In this document: piece after piece, positions 39,613 through 49,526 of the stretch
Numbering within the stretch: the first letter of the stretch is position 1
Layout: each line of letters starts with the position of its first letter
DNA from: Thainema sp.
Lineage (GTDB): Bacteria > Cyanobacteriota > Cyanobacteriia > Phormidesmidales > Phormidesmidaceae
Assembly (NCBI GenBank): GCA_052168235.1
Contig: JBQLZK010000002.1
Location: forward strand, 265,456 to 329,455
Direction of reading: 5' to 3'
DNA length: 64,000 nucleotides
Made by a program: the position numbers and the translations under genes
The notes under the pieces: generated by a model
Database searches by the model: none
What the model was told of the DNA's origin: nothing
Seen by the model: only the letters and a program-made list of their open reading frames with translations

Positions 39613-40629
39613 ATGACCCCAGCGATCGCATCTACGGTATTTCGCAAGTCTGCCGTAACGAAACAACGCTCCTTTGCCCGACTCTGGGCCCGCAAATACG
39701 TCATTGCCGTGTCGAAGGGTGACAATGCTGCTAACATCGCTTCAACTAAAACCTTGGCCGAGGCGACGTCGCGCCTTGGTCGGGCTGAAACAGCAGCACA
39801 CTTGAAAAAGCATTTGCGGTTAGCTAGCGCTCAAGCCTGGACGGCAACGGAAAATCTGCTGTCTCACGAGGTTTTGCGCCATCGGATTAATCCGGATCTG
39901 ATTAATCCCGTAGAAATTGCGGCAGATTCACGGGAGCTGTTTGAGCAAGCGCTGGACGCCTACGAAAATCGGATTACGCCTCATCGGATGTCGGTGGGCA
40001 TGAGCAATGCCTGCGGCAAGATGCGCGCCAAGTATACGGCTGATGATCCACGGGCCATTGGTTTTGTCAGTATGCAGTTTCACTACACGGGCATGAAGCT
40101 GCTGGAATATCTTACCCCAGTGGAGAAGTCGCTGTTTGAGCCTTATCTCAAGGTGATGGACGATCATATGTATATGCCGCTGCGGGCGGCCTATGAAGCC
40201 GCTGCCGATTATGAGATGGATGCGCCAGAACTAAAAGCGGTGCAAAATCTGCTGCCCCTGATTACGCCAGTCGCCAAGACGATCTGCGATCGCGTTCGTC
40301 GCCTCTATCCAGGTTATGAAACCTATAGCGGCGCATTGGATTCCCGCGTCGTTAATATTTCCAGCATTCGCGATGCTGAGATGTTCCAGGTATACCTCTG
40401 CCTCTGTGTCTTGCAAAACAGCTTTGTCTCGGTTCAGCAAGAGCTGTTCCCCCTCTGCGTCATGCTCTATCCGTCGCTGAAGGTGAAGTGGTCGCTGGTG
40501 CAGGAAATGCTGCGTCTACTGGGTCAGGAAATGCTGGTGCAGCTCGATCCAGAGGACATGGCGGTCTTTTTGCCTCACCTGCGGACGCTGACGGAAATGT
40601 TTGCCGATGACGTGTTCGATATCGCTTAA
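39613..40629 (+). CDS. Cyanobacterial hypothetical protein (mostly helical)
   Basis: Long ORF with HIP1 sites. Start placed at MTPAIA (39613); a terminator follows. Confidence 0.75.
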   Translation: MTPAIASTVFRKSAVTKQRSFARLWARKYVIAVSKGDNAANIASTKTLAEATSRLGRAETAAHLKKHLRLASAQAWTATENLLSHEVLRHRINPDLINPVEIAADSRELFEQALDAYENRITPHRMSVGMSNACGKMRAKYTADDPRAIGFVSMQFHYTGMKLLEYLTPVEKSLFEPYLKVMDDHMYMPLRAAYEAAADYEMDAPELKAVQNLLPLITPVAKTICDRVRRLYPGYETYSGALDSRVVNISSIRDAEMFQVYLCLCVLQNSFVSVQQELFPLCVMLYPSLKVKWSLVQEMLRLLGQEMLVQLDPEDMAVFLPHLRTLTEMFADDVFDIA

Positions 40630-40668
40630 CGTTTTCCTTGTCTATATGCGTTCAAGTACAGTCTCCAC

Positions 40669-40691
40669 GCACGGCCATGCCGTGCTTTTTT
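40669..40691 (+). terminator. Intrinsic terminator
   Basis: GCACGGC-CAT-GCCGTGC-TTTTTT. Confidence 0.7.
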
Positions 40692-40729
40692 GTTTTAGGC
40701 TAAGGAATGAGATGATTTATCCCTAATTC

Positions 40730-40870
40730 ATGGAAATTACTACCGACACCACCAACACCCTTGACCTGATTACGGTCGGCCTTGCGATCGCAATCATCAT
40801 CGGCGGTTTTCTGATGATGTTTACCAACATTTGGACAACCAAGCGCAACACATCCAATAAAAATCGATAA
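40730..40870 (+). CDS. Small single-TM protein (46 aa), not in the ORF track
   Basis: MEITTDTTNTLDLITVGLAIAIIIGGFLMMFTNIWTTKRNTSNKNR*; ends 14 nt before the Ycf66-family gene. Confidence 0.6.
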   Translation: MEITTDTTNTLDLITVGLAIAIIIGGFLMMFTNIWTTKRNTSNKNR

Positions 40871-40884
40871 TTTCTGAATTTGAT

Positions 40885-43230
40885 ATGGCACACCTCCTGG
40901 CATTCGCTCTGGCACGCGGATTAGCAATTGCAGTCGGCTTGGGCAGCTTTGCCCTCTACATGGCCGCTTTCTTCTTCCCAGAAGTGCATCGTAAGCCTGA
41001 CCTGGTTTGGAGCGGTGTTGGCTTGCTATATGCCGTGGTGCTGTGGTTTTGTGCGGGGCAAATTGAAGGCGCGCTACTGCTGGGCCAAATCGCTGGTGTG
41101 GCGCTGCTGGTCTGGCTCGGTTGGCAGGTGCTAACGCTGCGCCGGATTAAAACGCCCATTCAGCAGCAAACGTTGCCAGGAGCCTCTTCTCAAGATTTGA
41201 CGCAGGTGGCACTCGGTCAAGCCAAAGCCGCCGCCGATAACTTTTCGATTGCTGAAACAGCAACTGCGATCGCAGGTATCACCTCTAGCGCCATTGCCGC
41301 TGCCAGAGGCCAATCCCAGCCCTCTCAATCTACGCCTCAAGCCTGCCCGATCGATACCTCGGTGACCCAAGCGCGATCGCAATCTTCCCCACGTCCCGCC
41401 AGCGCTCAGCTTGCTCAGCCTATCAAGCAGCCTCAGCCTGAGCCGCAGTCACCAATTGCGCCGCCGAGTGTTTCTGTACAGTCTAAAGTGCGATCGCAAC
41501 CGTCTGAGCGCCAAGCTACTCCGGTTGAAACGACGGGTAAATCTGAACAACCTGAGCAGGTCACATCTGGACAAGCCGCTCAAACCGCTCAAACCGCTCA
41601 AACCGCAGCGACAGATGTGACAGGTAAAGACATCACGAATAAAGACGCTACAGACGAAGAGATTCTCCAGCCAATTGTCTCGCCGCCTGTCGAGTCCACG
41701 ACTGCCGCTACACCAGCAGCAGCTTCCACCACAGCCGCCGCCGCCGCAGATGAAGAGTGGGGCAACTGGATGGAAGACGAGGATTTCGGCGAGTCAACCG
41801 CCGAAACCGTCACGGTTGCGTCAGTTCAAGCTGATACTGTCACCCAGTCGTCCCCGACCGTGGATCGTTCAGCATTTGATCCCGCTCCAGCATCCACACC
41901 CGTAAACCAACCTGCTGCTCCGTCCCAAAACCAGAGCAAGAGCAAGTTAGGACTATTAACTGATTGGATTGGCGGACTGCTGCCCTTTGGCAAAAAGAAA
42001 AAATCGCAGCCGATGGTGACGCTGCCGCCCCGCGAGTCATCCTTACCTCGTTCGCCAAATGCGGCTCAACCGAAGTCATCCCAGCCGATGCTGACCATTC
42101 CACGCCGCGAGTCATCGCTCCGCCGACCTAGCCCGCCTACACCGGATGCCGCTACAGCAGCACCATCGACTGCCGGAGAGACTCAGGAATCTGAGATCGC
42201 ACCTGCTTCGTCCCAAACTCCACCTCTCAGCGATGACGCAAATGGCGTAACAGTCAATCCTGAAGCAGTAACAGATACCAGCGCAACTCAAACGCCTCCT
42301 CAGCCTAGCCCAGAGGAAATCTTGATTCCCGAAACCCTGCCGTCCGATGAGGAAGCCTGGGGCCGATTGTCTGCGATCGCAAATCAAGAGGACGATGCCC
42401 TAGCAGAAGCCGTCTTAATTGAAGATGCGACTTCGACCGAGGCACCAGTATCCGAAATCTTAGAAGTAGCTGAAGACATAGCTGAAGAAATAAAGGAATC
42501 TGCGGAATCGAGTACGGATGCGAATCTTAAGACCGATATCGATGAAGCGATAGATGCGGCAGATACGGTAGATGCGACAGATGCGACAGATGCGACAGAT
42601 GCGATCGCAGATTCCCCTCCTGACTCAGTATCCTTGGCAGACACAAGTTTGACCGTTACGCCCGAATCGACTGACGATGAAGCGCCAGAAGCATTAGACG
42701 CTGATGACTCTGAGCTAACGGATAGCCATGCTATCGATCACCTGGAGGTGGATCAGGCTGATGAGTCTAACGACGAGCAGACTGCTGAGGTTGACTTATC
42801 TGAGGCTGCTCCCGATTTACAAAACGAGCAGCCCGACCAGTCACTAGCTACAGATGAACTGCAATCATCGCCAGCCGAGCCAGGAGCATCAGGAGCAACA
42901 GTTGATGTCGAGGCCGACGCAGGCGATCCGGAAAATGAGGCTCACTCAGACGAGCTAGTGACCGAGTCTGTTGAGGTCGTCGCTGCAGCCGATGGTGATC
43001 GCGGCGATGAGACTAATGATCAACCTGACAATCAGTCTGACGATTCTGCTGATGAGGATGACGCAGGTGATCAGGCAGCGGCGGCTGAAACTGACGCTAC
43101 AGAGGCGCAATCTACAGAGGATCACGATTCTAATACCGATCACCCAGCCTTGAAGCGACCGAATCCACCGTCCCAAGACCTACTGGACGATCTTCAGCGC
43201 CAGCACTATACCGACTACGGACGCGAGTAG
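40885..43230 (+). CDS. Ycf66-family protein with a long low-complexity acidic tail
   Basis: N-terminal YMAAFFFPEVHRKPDLVWSGVGLLYA...LLLGQ...GWQVL.LR (Ycf66_N-like). Confidence 0.82.
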   Translation: MAHLLAFALARGLAIAVGLGSFALYMAAFFFPEVHRKPDLVWSGVGLLYAVVLWFCAGQIEGALLLGQIAGVALLVWLGWQVLTLRRIKTPIQQQTLPGASSQDLTQVALGQAKAAADNFSIAETATAIAGITSSAIAAARGQSQPSQSTPQACPIDTSVTQARSQSSPRPASAQLAQPIKQPQPEPQSPIAPPSVSVQSKVRSQPSERQATPVETTGKSEQPEQVTSGQAAQTAQTAQTAATDVTGKDITNKDATDEEILQPIVSPPVESTTAATPAAASTTAAAAADEEWGNWMEDEDFGESTAETVTVASVQADTVTQSSPTVDRSAFDPAPASTPVNQPAAPSQNQSKSKLGLLTDWIGGLLPFGKKKKSQPMVTLPPRESSLPRSPNAAQPKSSQPMLTIPRRESSLRRPSPPTPDAATAAPSTAGETQESEIAPASSQTPPLSDDANGVTVNPEAVTDTSATQTPPQPSPEEILIPETLPSDEEAWGRLSAIANQEDDALAEAVLIEDATSTEAPVSEILEVAEDIAEEIKESAESSTDANLKTDIDEAIDAADTVDATDATDATDAIADSPPDSVSLADTSLTVTPESTDDEAPEALDADDSELTDSHAIDHLEVDQADESNDEQTAEVDLSEAAPDLQNEQPDQSLATDELQSSPAEPGASGATVDVEADAGDPENEAHSDELVTESVEVVAAADGDRGDETNDQPDNQSDDSADEDDAGDQAAAAETDATEAQSTEDHDSNTDHPALKRPNPPSQDLLDDLQRQHYTDYGRE

Positions 43231-43235
43231 TTCAG

Positions 43236-43325
43236 TAGACTTTATTGGAAATTGTTGTGTAGCGCGGCTTCGCCACGCTACACAACAATTTCCAACCCCA
43301 AAAACTTTATTTCCAATAAAGTCTA
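43236..43325. mobile_element. TA-flanked miniature element, family B, copy 1
   Basis: Perfect 17-bp TIR TAGACTTTATTGGAAAT/ATTTCCAATAAAGTCTA around an internal palindrome. A related copy is at about 44981-45060. Confidence 0.7.
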
Positions 43326-43362
43326 GTATCTAGTACCTAACCTAGTACCCAGTAATTGAAAG

Positions 43363-43528
43363 CTACTGTTTATACATAAGTCTCCTAGACTTCGTTTCGA
43401 CGTTGAGATCCCCCCTTGCCCCCCTTAAAAAAGGGGGAATTGGCTCAAAGTTCCCCCCTTTTTAAGGGGGATTTAGGGGGATCAGTCCGGGATTTAGAAG
43501 GACTATTCAGGATGTGTATAAGCAGTAG
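43363..43528. mobile_element. MITE (IS4-like ends) with an 11-bp target-site duplication
   Basis: TIR CTACTGTTTATACA/TGTATAAGCAGTAG. GTAATTGAAAG is duplicated at 43352-43362 and 43529-43539. Internal poly-C/A/G hairpins. Confidence 0.85.
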
Positions 43529-43636
43529 GTAATTGAAAGGGAGAAGTGAAGCGAGCGGAGTGAAAGGACTGTAAAGGGTTGTAGCGCTTAGAGAAGCAGG
43601 AGGGTCGCTGTCGTGTACCCTGTGGCTATGTGGCTA

Positions 43637-44353
43637 TTAAACTGATTTTGTGGCTACTGATTGGGACTGTAAAGCGGCGGCTAACCACTGGGGATAGCTT
43701 AAGGAATGTGCTGGTTCTAGGACTAGCTTTGTATCGATTCCTTCGAGTTTGTTATCAGCAAAAATTGAGGGACAGACCTGGTCAAAGACCGACGCCACGG
43801 TATCTACAGTGCCAAACGCTTCTATCCCTAAGCTAAACCAGCGTTGATCGAACGCAATGACCTCTGCAATTTCGACACTACAGCCCGCATGATGTTGCTG
43901 ATCAAAGCTATCGCCAGACGTGGAAAATGCGATCGCAGTTTCCATCCCGTTTTCAGTCGCCCCGTTATCAGCTAAATAATAGGTTTTCGACTGTCGCGTT
44001 TTCGCAACCGCAATCCACTGCTCTTTTTGGTCGAAGCGTTTTTGGATGGTCGTTGCCGCTTCTGCTAACGGAAAGCTCCACTTTATCCACTGCCCAACGT
44101 GGCCGTGAATCGATGGGGAAAGTAATTGGATACCGCGATCGCAAATTCGCTGCTTCACTTCAATTTGGCCTTCGCGCAGTTTGATGCTCAAGTCAATGTG
44201 CTGTGGTAAACGAAGGTACCAATCGGTGCGAGATTCAACGGTTGGCTGGAAATTATGAGTTGGATAGTGATGATTCCGCTCCACCCACCAATCTCTGACG
44301 GGGGCTGGAATCTGATGCGGCCAAAACCACCGCGCTTCCATACTGGGCTGCAT
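43637..44353 (-). CDS. Hypothetical protein, CYTH-like
   Basis: EARWF, RTDWY, SIKLREGQIEVK, SLGIEA, SYPQWL. Confidence 0.6.
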   Translation of the reverse strand: MQPSMEARWFWPHQIPAPVRDWWVERNHHYPTHNFQPTVESRTDWYLRLPQHIDLSIKLREGQIEVKQRICDRGIQLLSPSIHGHVGQWIKWSFPLAEAATTIQKRFDQKEQWIAVAKTRQSKTYYLADNGATENGMETAIAFSTSGDSFDQQHHAGCSVEIAEVIAFDQRWFSLGIEAFGTVDTVASVFDQVCPSIFADNKLEGIDTKLVLEPAHSLSYPQWLAAALQSQSVATKSV

Positions 44354-44448
44354 ACACTTTGAGGGGAAATCTGATTTTTCAATTTGTAATCAGTATAAAA
44401 ATCCCTCACTCAAACCTCATGGCTCATGAGGATGAGACTTAATCAGGA

Positions 44449-44805
44449 TTAATAGCGCGGAATCGACGCATCGACCTTAATGGCATAGGCATCAATTCCT
44501 CCCGTTAAATTGCGCACATTAGTGAATCCTTGATTGATTAACCAGTACGTCATCTGAGCCGACCGTATGCCGTGATGGCACATGACAATGGTTTCCTGCT
44601 CCGCATCCAGTAGGGAATGAATATGTTCCGACCAGTTTCCATATTCACTCAGCGGCAAATTGATAAACCCATCAATCGCGGCTAATTCAAGCTCCATCGG
44701 TTCTCGGACATCCACCAGTTGGGGCGGAGCTTGGGGTGGTTCAATAGCAGCCAGTCGCTGGGCGAAGTCTTCAACGCTGATTTGAGGGAGATCTTCGGCG
44801 TACAT
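44449..44805 (-). CDS. Rhodanese-domain protein
   Basis: LVDVREP, CHHGIRS, NLTGGIDAY. Confidence 0.92.
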   Translation of the reverse strand: MYAEDLPQISVEDFAQRLAAIEPPQAPPQLVDVREPMELELAAIDGFINLPLSEYGNWSEHIHSLLDAEQETIVMCHHGIRSAQMTYWLINQGFTNVRNLTGGIDAYAIKVDASIPRY

Positions 44806-44930
44806 AGTTGGACGAGTTGAACGAGTTGAACGAATAGTTGCGCAGGTGTGAAATAACCAGTTATTACCGAATGGTAGCTAAATTTTGCAGATGTTCCAGG
44901 ATACTTCTCGATCTGGTAGTCCGCAAAACG

Positions 44931-45060
44931 TTTTTTGAGTGTGTGGGCGGTGTCCACACACTCAAAAATCATTACTTGAATGGAAATAAAGTTTTTGGGG
45001 TTGGAAATTGTTGTGTAGCGCGGCTTCGCCGCGCTACACAACAATTTCCAATAAAGTCTA
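44931..45060. mobile_element. Palindrome plus a partial, inverted family B miniature element
   Basis: TTTTTGAGTGTGTGG...CCACACACTCAAAAA, then TGGAAATAAAGTTTTTGGGGTTGGAAATTGTTGTGTAGCGCGGCTTCGCCGCGCTACACAACAATTTCCAATAAAGTCTA. Confidence 0.65.
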
Positions 45061-45258
45061 TTATCCAAATGTAGTGACTTATCAACGGATTGATGAGACC
45101 GTCACCGCAGAGTATTACAGTATTCACTGGGCATACCGTTGCGTCATTTCCGATCGTTAACGACTCGCTATCGACTCGTTAACGGCTGGCTGGCCGCATA
45201 ACTGGCTAATGGCTGGGCGGTGTTGCTCCAACTGCCGCTCATGGTTCGACTTATCCCG

Positions 45259-47040
45259 ATGAAGGTTCGCTCATTTTTCTCCATCCTAATCGCGTTCGTC
45301 CTGATTCTGCTGCTCTCCGGTATTGGCGGAGCCATTTGGATTACCACACAGAGCCCACTGTCCCTGTTGAAAGGCGGCGGCGTCAGCACTACGCCCGCTG
45401 CAACAATGTTTGTCTCTCAGCAAGCGCCGCTGATGGTGTCGCTGTTGGTCAATCCTGAACGGCTGATTACCGCGCGCCAGGTGTTTACTCGCCCCGGCCA
45501 GCGACGACGCGCTGCTAAAGAAATTGAGCGCTTGCGTCAAGGTGTCTTATCTGGGTTTGACCTCAACTATCGCACCGATGTGCAGCCTTGGCTTGGCGAC
45601 GAGCTAACTTTAGCTGTGACGACACCGGATTTGGATCGAGATCGCGCCAATGGTACACAGCCGGGTTATCTACTGGCACTTTCAACCATTGATCCGGTGC
45701 GATCGCAAGAATTTTTGCGCCTCTTTTGGCAGCAGCAGGCCGAAGTGGGAACGGATCTGGTATTTGAACAATATGCAGGTGTGAAACTGATCTATCGGCA
45801 GGAAGCTGTAACCAATCCCAATCGGTCTCGTTCCGTTGCGGTTGAGGGGACAACGGAGGGCGCACCAGAGACGCAGCCGGGCCTTGCAAGTGCGGCGATT
45901 GGCGATCAGTTTGTCTTGTTTGCCAACCATCCCAAGATTTTGCGGGCTGCGATCGCAAATGTGCAGGCTCCCGATTTGAGCTTGGAGAAAAGTGAGGTTT
46001 ACCAAGCGCAGCTTCAGGATTTACCGGAGCAGCGAGTCGGGCTGCTCTACGGCAACTTGCCGGAACTGGCTGACTGGCTGGGCAAGTCGATTTTTCCGAC
46101 TGATGTAGCCACTGTGAGCACTGCAACCGAGCCGAAATCGACTCAATTTGACCGATTGATCGCCTCGATCGGTCTCAGTTCCAGCGGTTTACAGCTGAAC
46201 AATGCACTACTCACAGCACCCGGAGAGGAGCTTGAACGCGAGCGTCCGGCCCTGGCACAGCCCTCGGAGTTGCTGTGCTATATGCCGGCTGATAGTCTTT
46301 TGCTGACCAGTGGCCGCAATCTAGGCGAAGACTGGCACAAGGTCTCAGATAGCTTGCAGGGCTATACCAGAACGAAAGCGCTGTTGGAACAAGTCATTAC
46401 GACTCTCAAAACCCGCTGGAATTTAGATGCGGAAACTGAGCTATTCAACTGGACACAAGGCGAATTTGCCTTTGGTCTTCGTCCCCGGACTGACTCAGCC
46501 CAGTCGTTTGACTGGATACTCGTCACTGAACGCCAGTCTGATGCAGTCATTGAAGGCATTCAGCATTTGGACGAACTGGCGACTCAACAGGGCTACAGCG
46601 TTGGTCAGGTTGATCTCGCTGATCGCGCTGTCACTGCTTGGACACAGCTTTCCACCGTACCCTCCAGCCGCCGCCAGACCAGCTCACAGGTGCTGCAAGC
46701 ATCGGTCGCAGGGGCTCATGTCCAGGTGGGCAACTACGAGATTCTGGCCAGTTCTCTTGCGGCACTGGAAGCGGCACTACAGGCGAATGACCAATCCGTG
46801 CTGACCCAGGCCGATTTTGGCCGTGCGATCGCAAATCTAGACACTCCTAATGATGGCTATGTCTATCTCAATTGGCCCAGTCTCAAGCAGCGGTTAGCGA
46901 AACGTTCACCACTGTTCCAAGTCCTGGATTCTCTCGCACAGCCGCTGACTAATCATTTAGAATCGGTCACGCTGAGTACCTACGGTCGCGATCGCAACCG
47001 ACAGCCCAGCGGCATCTTCCTTCATCTCACCGACGAATAA
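45259..47040 (+). CDS. DUF3352-family protein
   Basis: N-terminal TM segment; DVQPWLGDELTLAV, FVLFANHPKIL, GEFAFGL, PNDGYVYLNW. Confidence 0.8.
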   Translation: MKVRSFFSILIAFVLILLLSGIGGAIWITTQSPLSLLKGGGVSTTPAATMFVSQQAPLMVSLLVNPERLITARQVFTRPGQRRRAAKEIERLRQGVLSGFDLNYRTDVQPWLGDELTLAVTTPDLDRDRANGTQPGYLLALSTIDPVRSQEFLRLFWQQQAEVGTDLVFEQYAGVKLIYRQEAVTNPNRSRSVAVEGTTEGAPETQPGLASAAIGDQFVLFANHPKILRAAIANVQAPDLSLEKSEVYQAQLQDLPEQRVGLLYGNLPELADWLGKSIFPTDVATVSTATEPKSTQFDRLIASIGLSSSGLQLNNALLTAPGEELERERPALAQPSELLCYMPADSLLLTSGRNLGEDWHKVSDSLQGYTRTKALLEQVITTLKTRWNLDAETELFNWTQGEFAFGLRPRTDSAQSFDWILVTERQSDAVIEGIQHLDELATQQGYSVGQVDLADRAVTAWTQLSTVPSSRRQTSSQVLQASVAGAHVQVGNYEILASSLAALEAALQANDQSVLTQADFGRAIANLDTPNDGYVYLNWPSLKQRLAKRSPLFQVLDSLAQPLTNHLESVTLSTYGRDRNRQPSGIFLHLTDE

Positions 47041-47088
47041 CGCGCAGGTTGGGCATCGTTCACCTTACTTGATTAAATCTGCGTCATG

Positions 47089-47220
47089 TCACTGCGACAT
47101 GAAGCCAGTTAACAACAACGGCAACAGCAACAGGACAGCGATAATGGCGACTAACGTTCCTGGCTCAATCTTCACGAGATTGGGATCGGGTTTATTGGGA
47201 TTTTGATTAGGATCAGACAT
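47089..47220 (-). CDS. Small single-TM protein (43 aa), not in the ORF track
   Basis: MSDPNQNPNKPDPNLVKIEPGTLVAIIAVLLLLPLLLTGFMSQ*. Confidence 0.6.
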   Translation of the reverse strand: MSDPNQNPNKPDPNLVKIEPGTLVAIIAVLLLLPLLLTGFMSQ

Positions 47221-47402
47221 GTTTAAAGAACGGCTTCATTCGCCGCTAGCGTCCTACAGTTTGATCCCAGCATAGTGCAAGCGTCGAAACATTCGCGATT
47301 AACGATTTTCCGTCTGAGCTTTACCATAGAACGTATATGTATCACCTAGCACAGGCGTTACTGACCGACCCAAAGCTTTAAACGTATATTTTTTATTCCG
47401 CT

Positions 47403-48047
47403 ATGCCTATCGATATTCAGCTTATTCGCACGGGTGAGCTACGACAGTTACCCGGTGCCAAATTAGACGACGAGGATTTATCTGGCCTTGATTTATCAGA
47501 TATTCATCTAGCGGGTGCCAGTCTAGTTGGTGTGAACTTTGACCGATCCGTTTTGCTGCGGGCTCATTTAGAAGGTGCCAATTTAGTCGGCTCGTCGTTT
47601 GTTGATGCCGACCTGCGTGCCAACCTCTGGGGGGCCAATCTCATGCAAAGTGATCTCAGTGGAGCCGATTTGCGGGGAGCCAACCTGCGGGGGGCCAATC
47701 TCATGGGCACTAACCTGACGCGCAGCACATTTTCCGGTGCGTTTCTCAGCGGCGTTAATCTGATGGGGGTTAGCCTCATCGGGGTTGATTTTCGGGGTGG
47801 TGATCTGCGGGGCGCTAACTTGAGTGGTGCCAATCTGCGGGGAGCCGATTTGAGTCGGGCCGATTTACAGGGCGCTTTGCTGAGTGAGGCCAACTTGGAA
47901 GAGGCCGATCTACGCGGTGCGAATCTAGCGGGTGCTTCGTTTGTCAATGCCAATCTGCTTTGTGCAGCGCTGGACGGAGCCAAGGTTAATGGTGTGGACT
48001 GGTCAGGTGCTTGTTTGACCGGAACAAACGTGTTGGTGGCCGACTAA
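47403..48047 (+). CDS. Pentapeptide repeat protein
   Basis: Continuous A(D/N)LxG repeats. Confidence 0.95.
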   Translation: MPIDIQLIRTGELRQLPGAKLDDEDLSGLDLSDIHLAGASLVGVNFDRSVLLRAHLEGANLVGSSFVDADLRANLWGANLMQSDLSGADLRGANLRGANLMGTNLTRSTFSGAFLSGVNLMGVSLIGVDFRGGDLRGANLSGANLRGADLSRADLQGALLSEANLEEADLRGANLAGASFVNANLLCAALDGAKVNGVDWSGACLTGTNVLVAD

Positions 48048-48160
48048 TGGTCGGGGGATCGGGGCGACTGGCTGTTGGCGGGCGGTGATTCCACTGGCCG
48101 TCATGTTGATATCTGCCGCAGGAAAGGCGGATGAAGCGCGATCGCACCTTGCACTATTCT

Positions 48161-48563
48161 CTACGGCAGGGAATTCGCAAAATCGGCAATGGCTTTTAAG
48201 TAGGATTCTTGTCCAGGCTGATAAATTCTGACGTGGTCAGCTCCAGAAATCAGAAACAGATGCTTCGGTTCTGGGGCAGCCGCATATAGAGCTTGGCTCA
48301 TCTCAAACGGCACAACCGAATCCTGTTCACCATGTAAAAACAGAACGGGAACTTGCAGTGAGCCAATTTTAGAGCGTGAATCGAATTGCTCTGTCAAAAT
48401 CAGATTGACTGGAATCATGGATGAAAAAGGCTTTTGTCGAACGGCTTCAGCCATTGAAGTGAATGAGCTTTGCATAATTAGGCCGCTGGCTTCGGGGTGC
48501 CGAATGGCTAAGTCAAGTGCGATCGCACCTCCCAACGACTCACCGTAGATCAGGATTTGCTCA
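48161..48563 (-). pseudogene. 5'-truncated alpha/beta hydrolase
   Basis: The frame reads EQILIYGESLGGAIA...HGEQDSVVP...GADH. There is an in-frame TAG just upstream and no room for the N-terminal half before purU. Confidence 0.7.
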
Positions 48564-48644
48564 ACGTGCTGATCATGCGGGTCTTTCTATTGATTTCTAT
48601 AAGTCATTCGGAGTTGACCCGATCAACAGGCTCAGCTCACAGGA

Positions 48645-49496
48645 TTACGCAAATACCACCGTGCGATTGCCGTAGACCAACACGCGATGCTGAAGATGGA
48701 GGCGCACAGCACGCGATAGCACCAGCCGCTCTAAGTCTTTACCTTTGCGAATGAGTTCCGCTACATCGTCGCGGTGACTGATGCGGGTGACATCCTGCTC
48801 AATGATGGGGCCAGCGTCTAGATCTGAGGTGACATAGTGCGCTGTTGCGCCGATGATCTTGACGCCACGCTGATGCGCTTGGTGATAGGGCTTAGCACCC
48901 ACGAAGGCGGGCAGAAACGAATGGTGAATGTTGATGACCGAGGGAAACTGCTCAACAAAGTCAGGGCTCAAAACCTGCATGTACTTGGCCAGTACGACTA
49001 AATCAATCTGATACTGACGCAGTAGATCGAGCTGTTTTGATTCTTGTTCGGCTTTGTTGTCAGCCGTGATAGGCAAACAGTAATAATCAATGCCAAACTG
49101 ATCGGCAATTGGCTTGAGATGGGGATGATTGCTGATAATTAATGGAATTTCGGCATTGAGTTCGCCTGATTTGTAACGCCAGAGCAGGTCATACAGGCAG
49201 TGATCTTGACGACTGACCCAAATCGATAGCCGCGGTTTAGTATCAGAAAAGTGCAGGTGCCAATTTGCTTGCAGTGGTTTTGCGATCGCATTAAACGCAG
49301 GCCCAACTAGCTCTCGGTCGAGATGGAAATCATCCAACTGCCATTCAATTCGGGTTAAGAACAAATCGGCGGCCAAATCGGTATGGTGATCGGCATGAAT
49401 AATGTTGCCGCCGTTAGAGTAAATAAAGCTGGAGATTTTAGCGACTAATCCTTGCTGGTCGGGGCAAGACACCAGGAGCGTGGCAGTTGCAGTCAT
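48645..49496 (-). CDS. purU: Formyltetrahydrofolate deformylase
   Basis: ACT domain CPDQQGLVA; LAKYMQVLS, INIHHSFLPAF, LDAGPIIEQ. Confidence 0.96.
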   Translation of the reverse strand: MTATATLLVSCPDQQGLVAKISSFIYSNGGNIIHADHHTDLAADLFLTRIEWQLDDFHLDRELVGPAFNAIAKPLQANWHLHFSDTKPRLSIWVSRQDHCLYDLLWRYKSGELNAEIPLIISNHPHLKPIADQFGIDYYCLPITADNKAEQESKQLDLLRQYQIDLVVLAKYMQVLSPDFVEQFPSVINIHHSFLPAFVGAKPYHQAHQRGVKIIGATAHYVTSDLDAGPIIEQDVTRISHRDDVAELIRKGKDLERLVLSRAVRLHLQHRVLVYGNRTVVFA

Positions 49497-49526
49497 CGGA
49501 TAAACCTTGGTTTGAGTGCGGATCTC

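Noticed and set aside
40730..40870. psbX assignment for the small ORF before the Ycf66-family gene
   Set aside because: The sequence lacks the PsbX pattern (MTPSL.NF...SQ.D).
43236..45060. Repeated palindromes as a CRISPR array
   Set aside because: No regular repeat-spacer periodicity and no cas genes; these are dispersed miniature elements.
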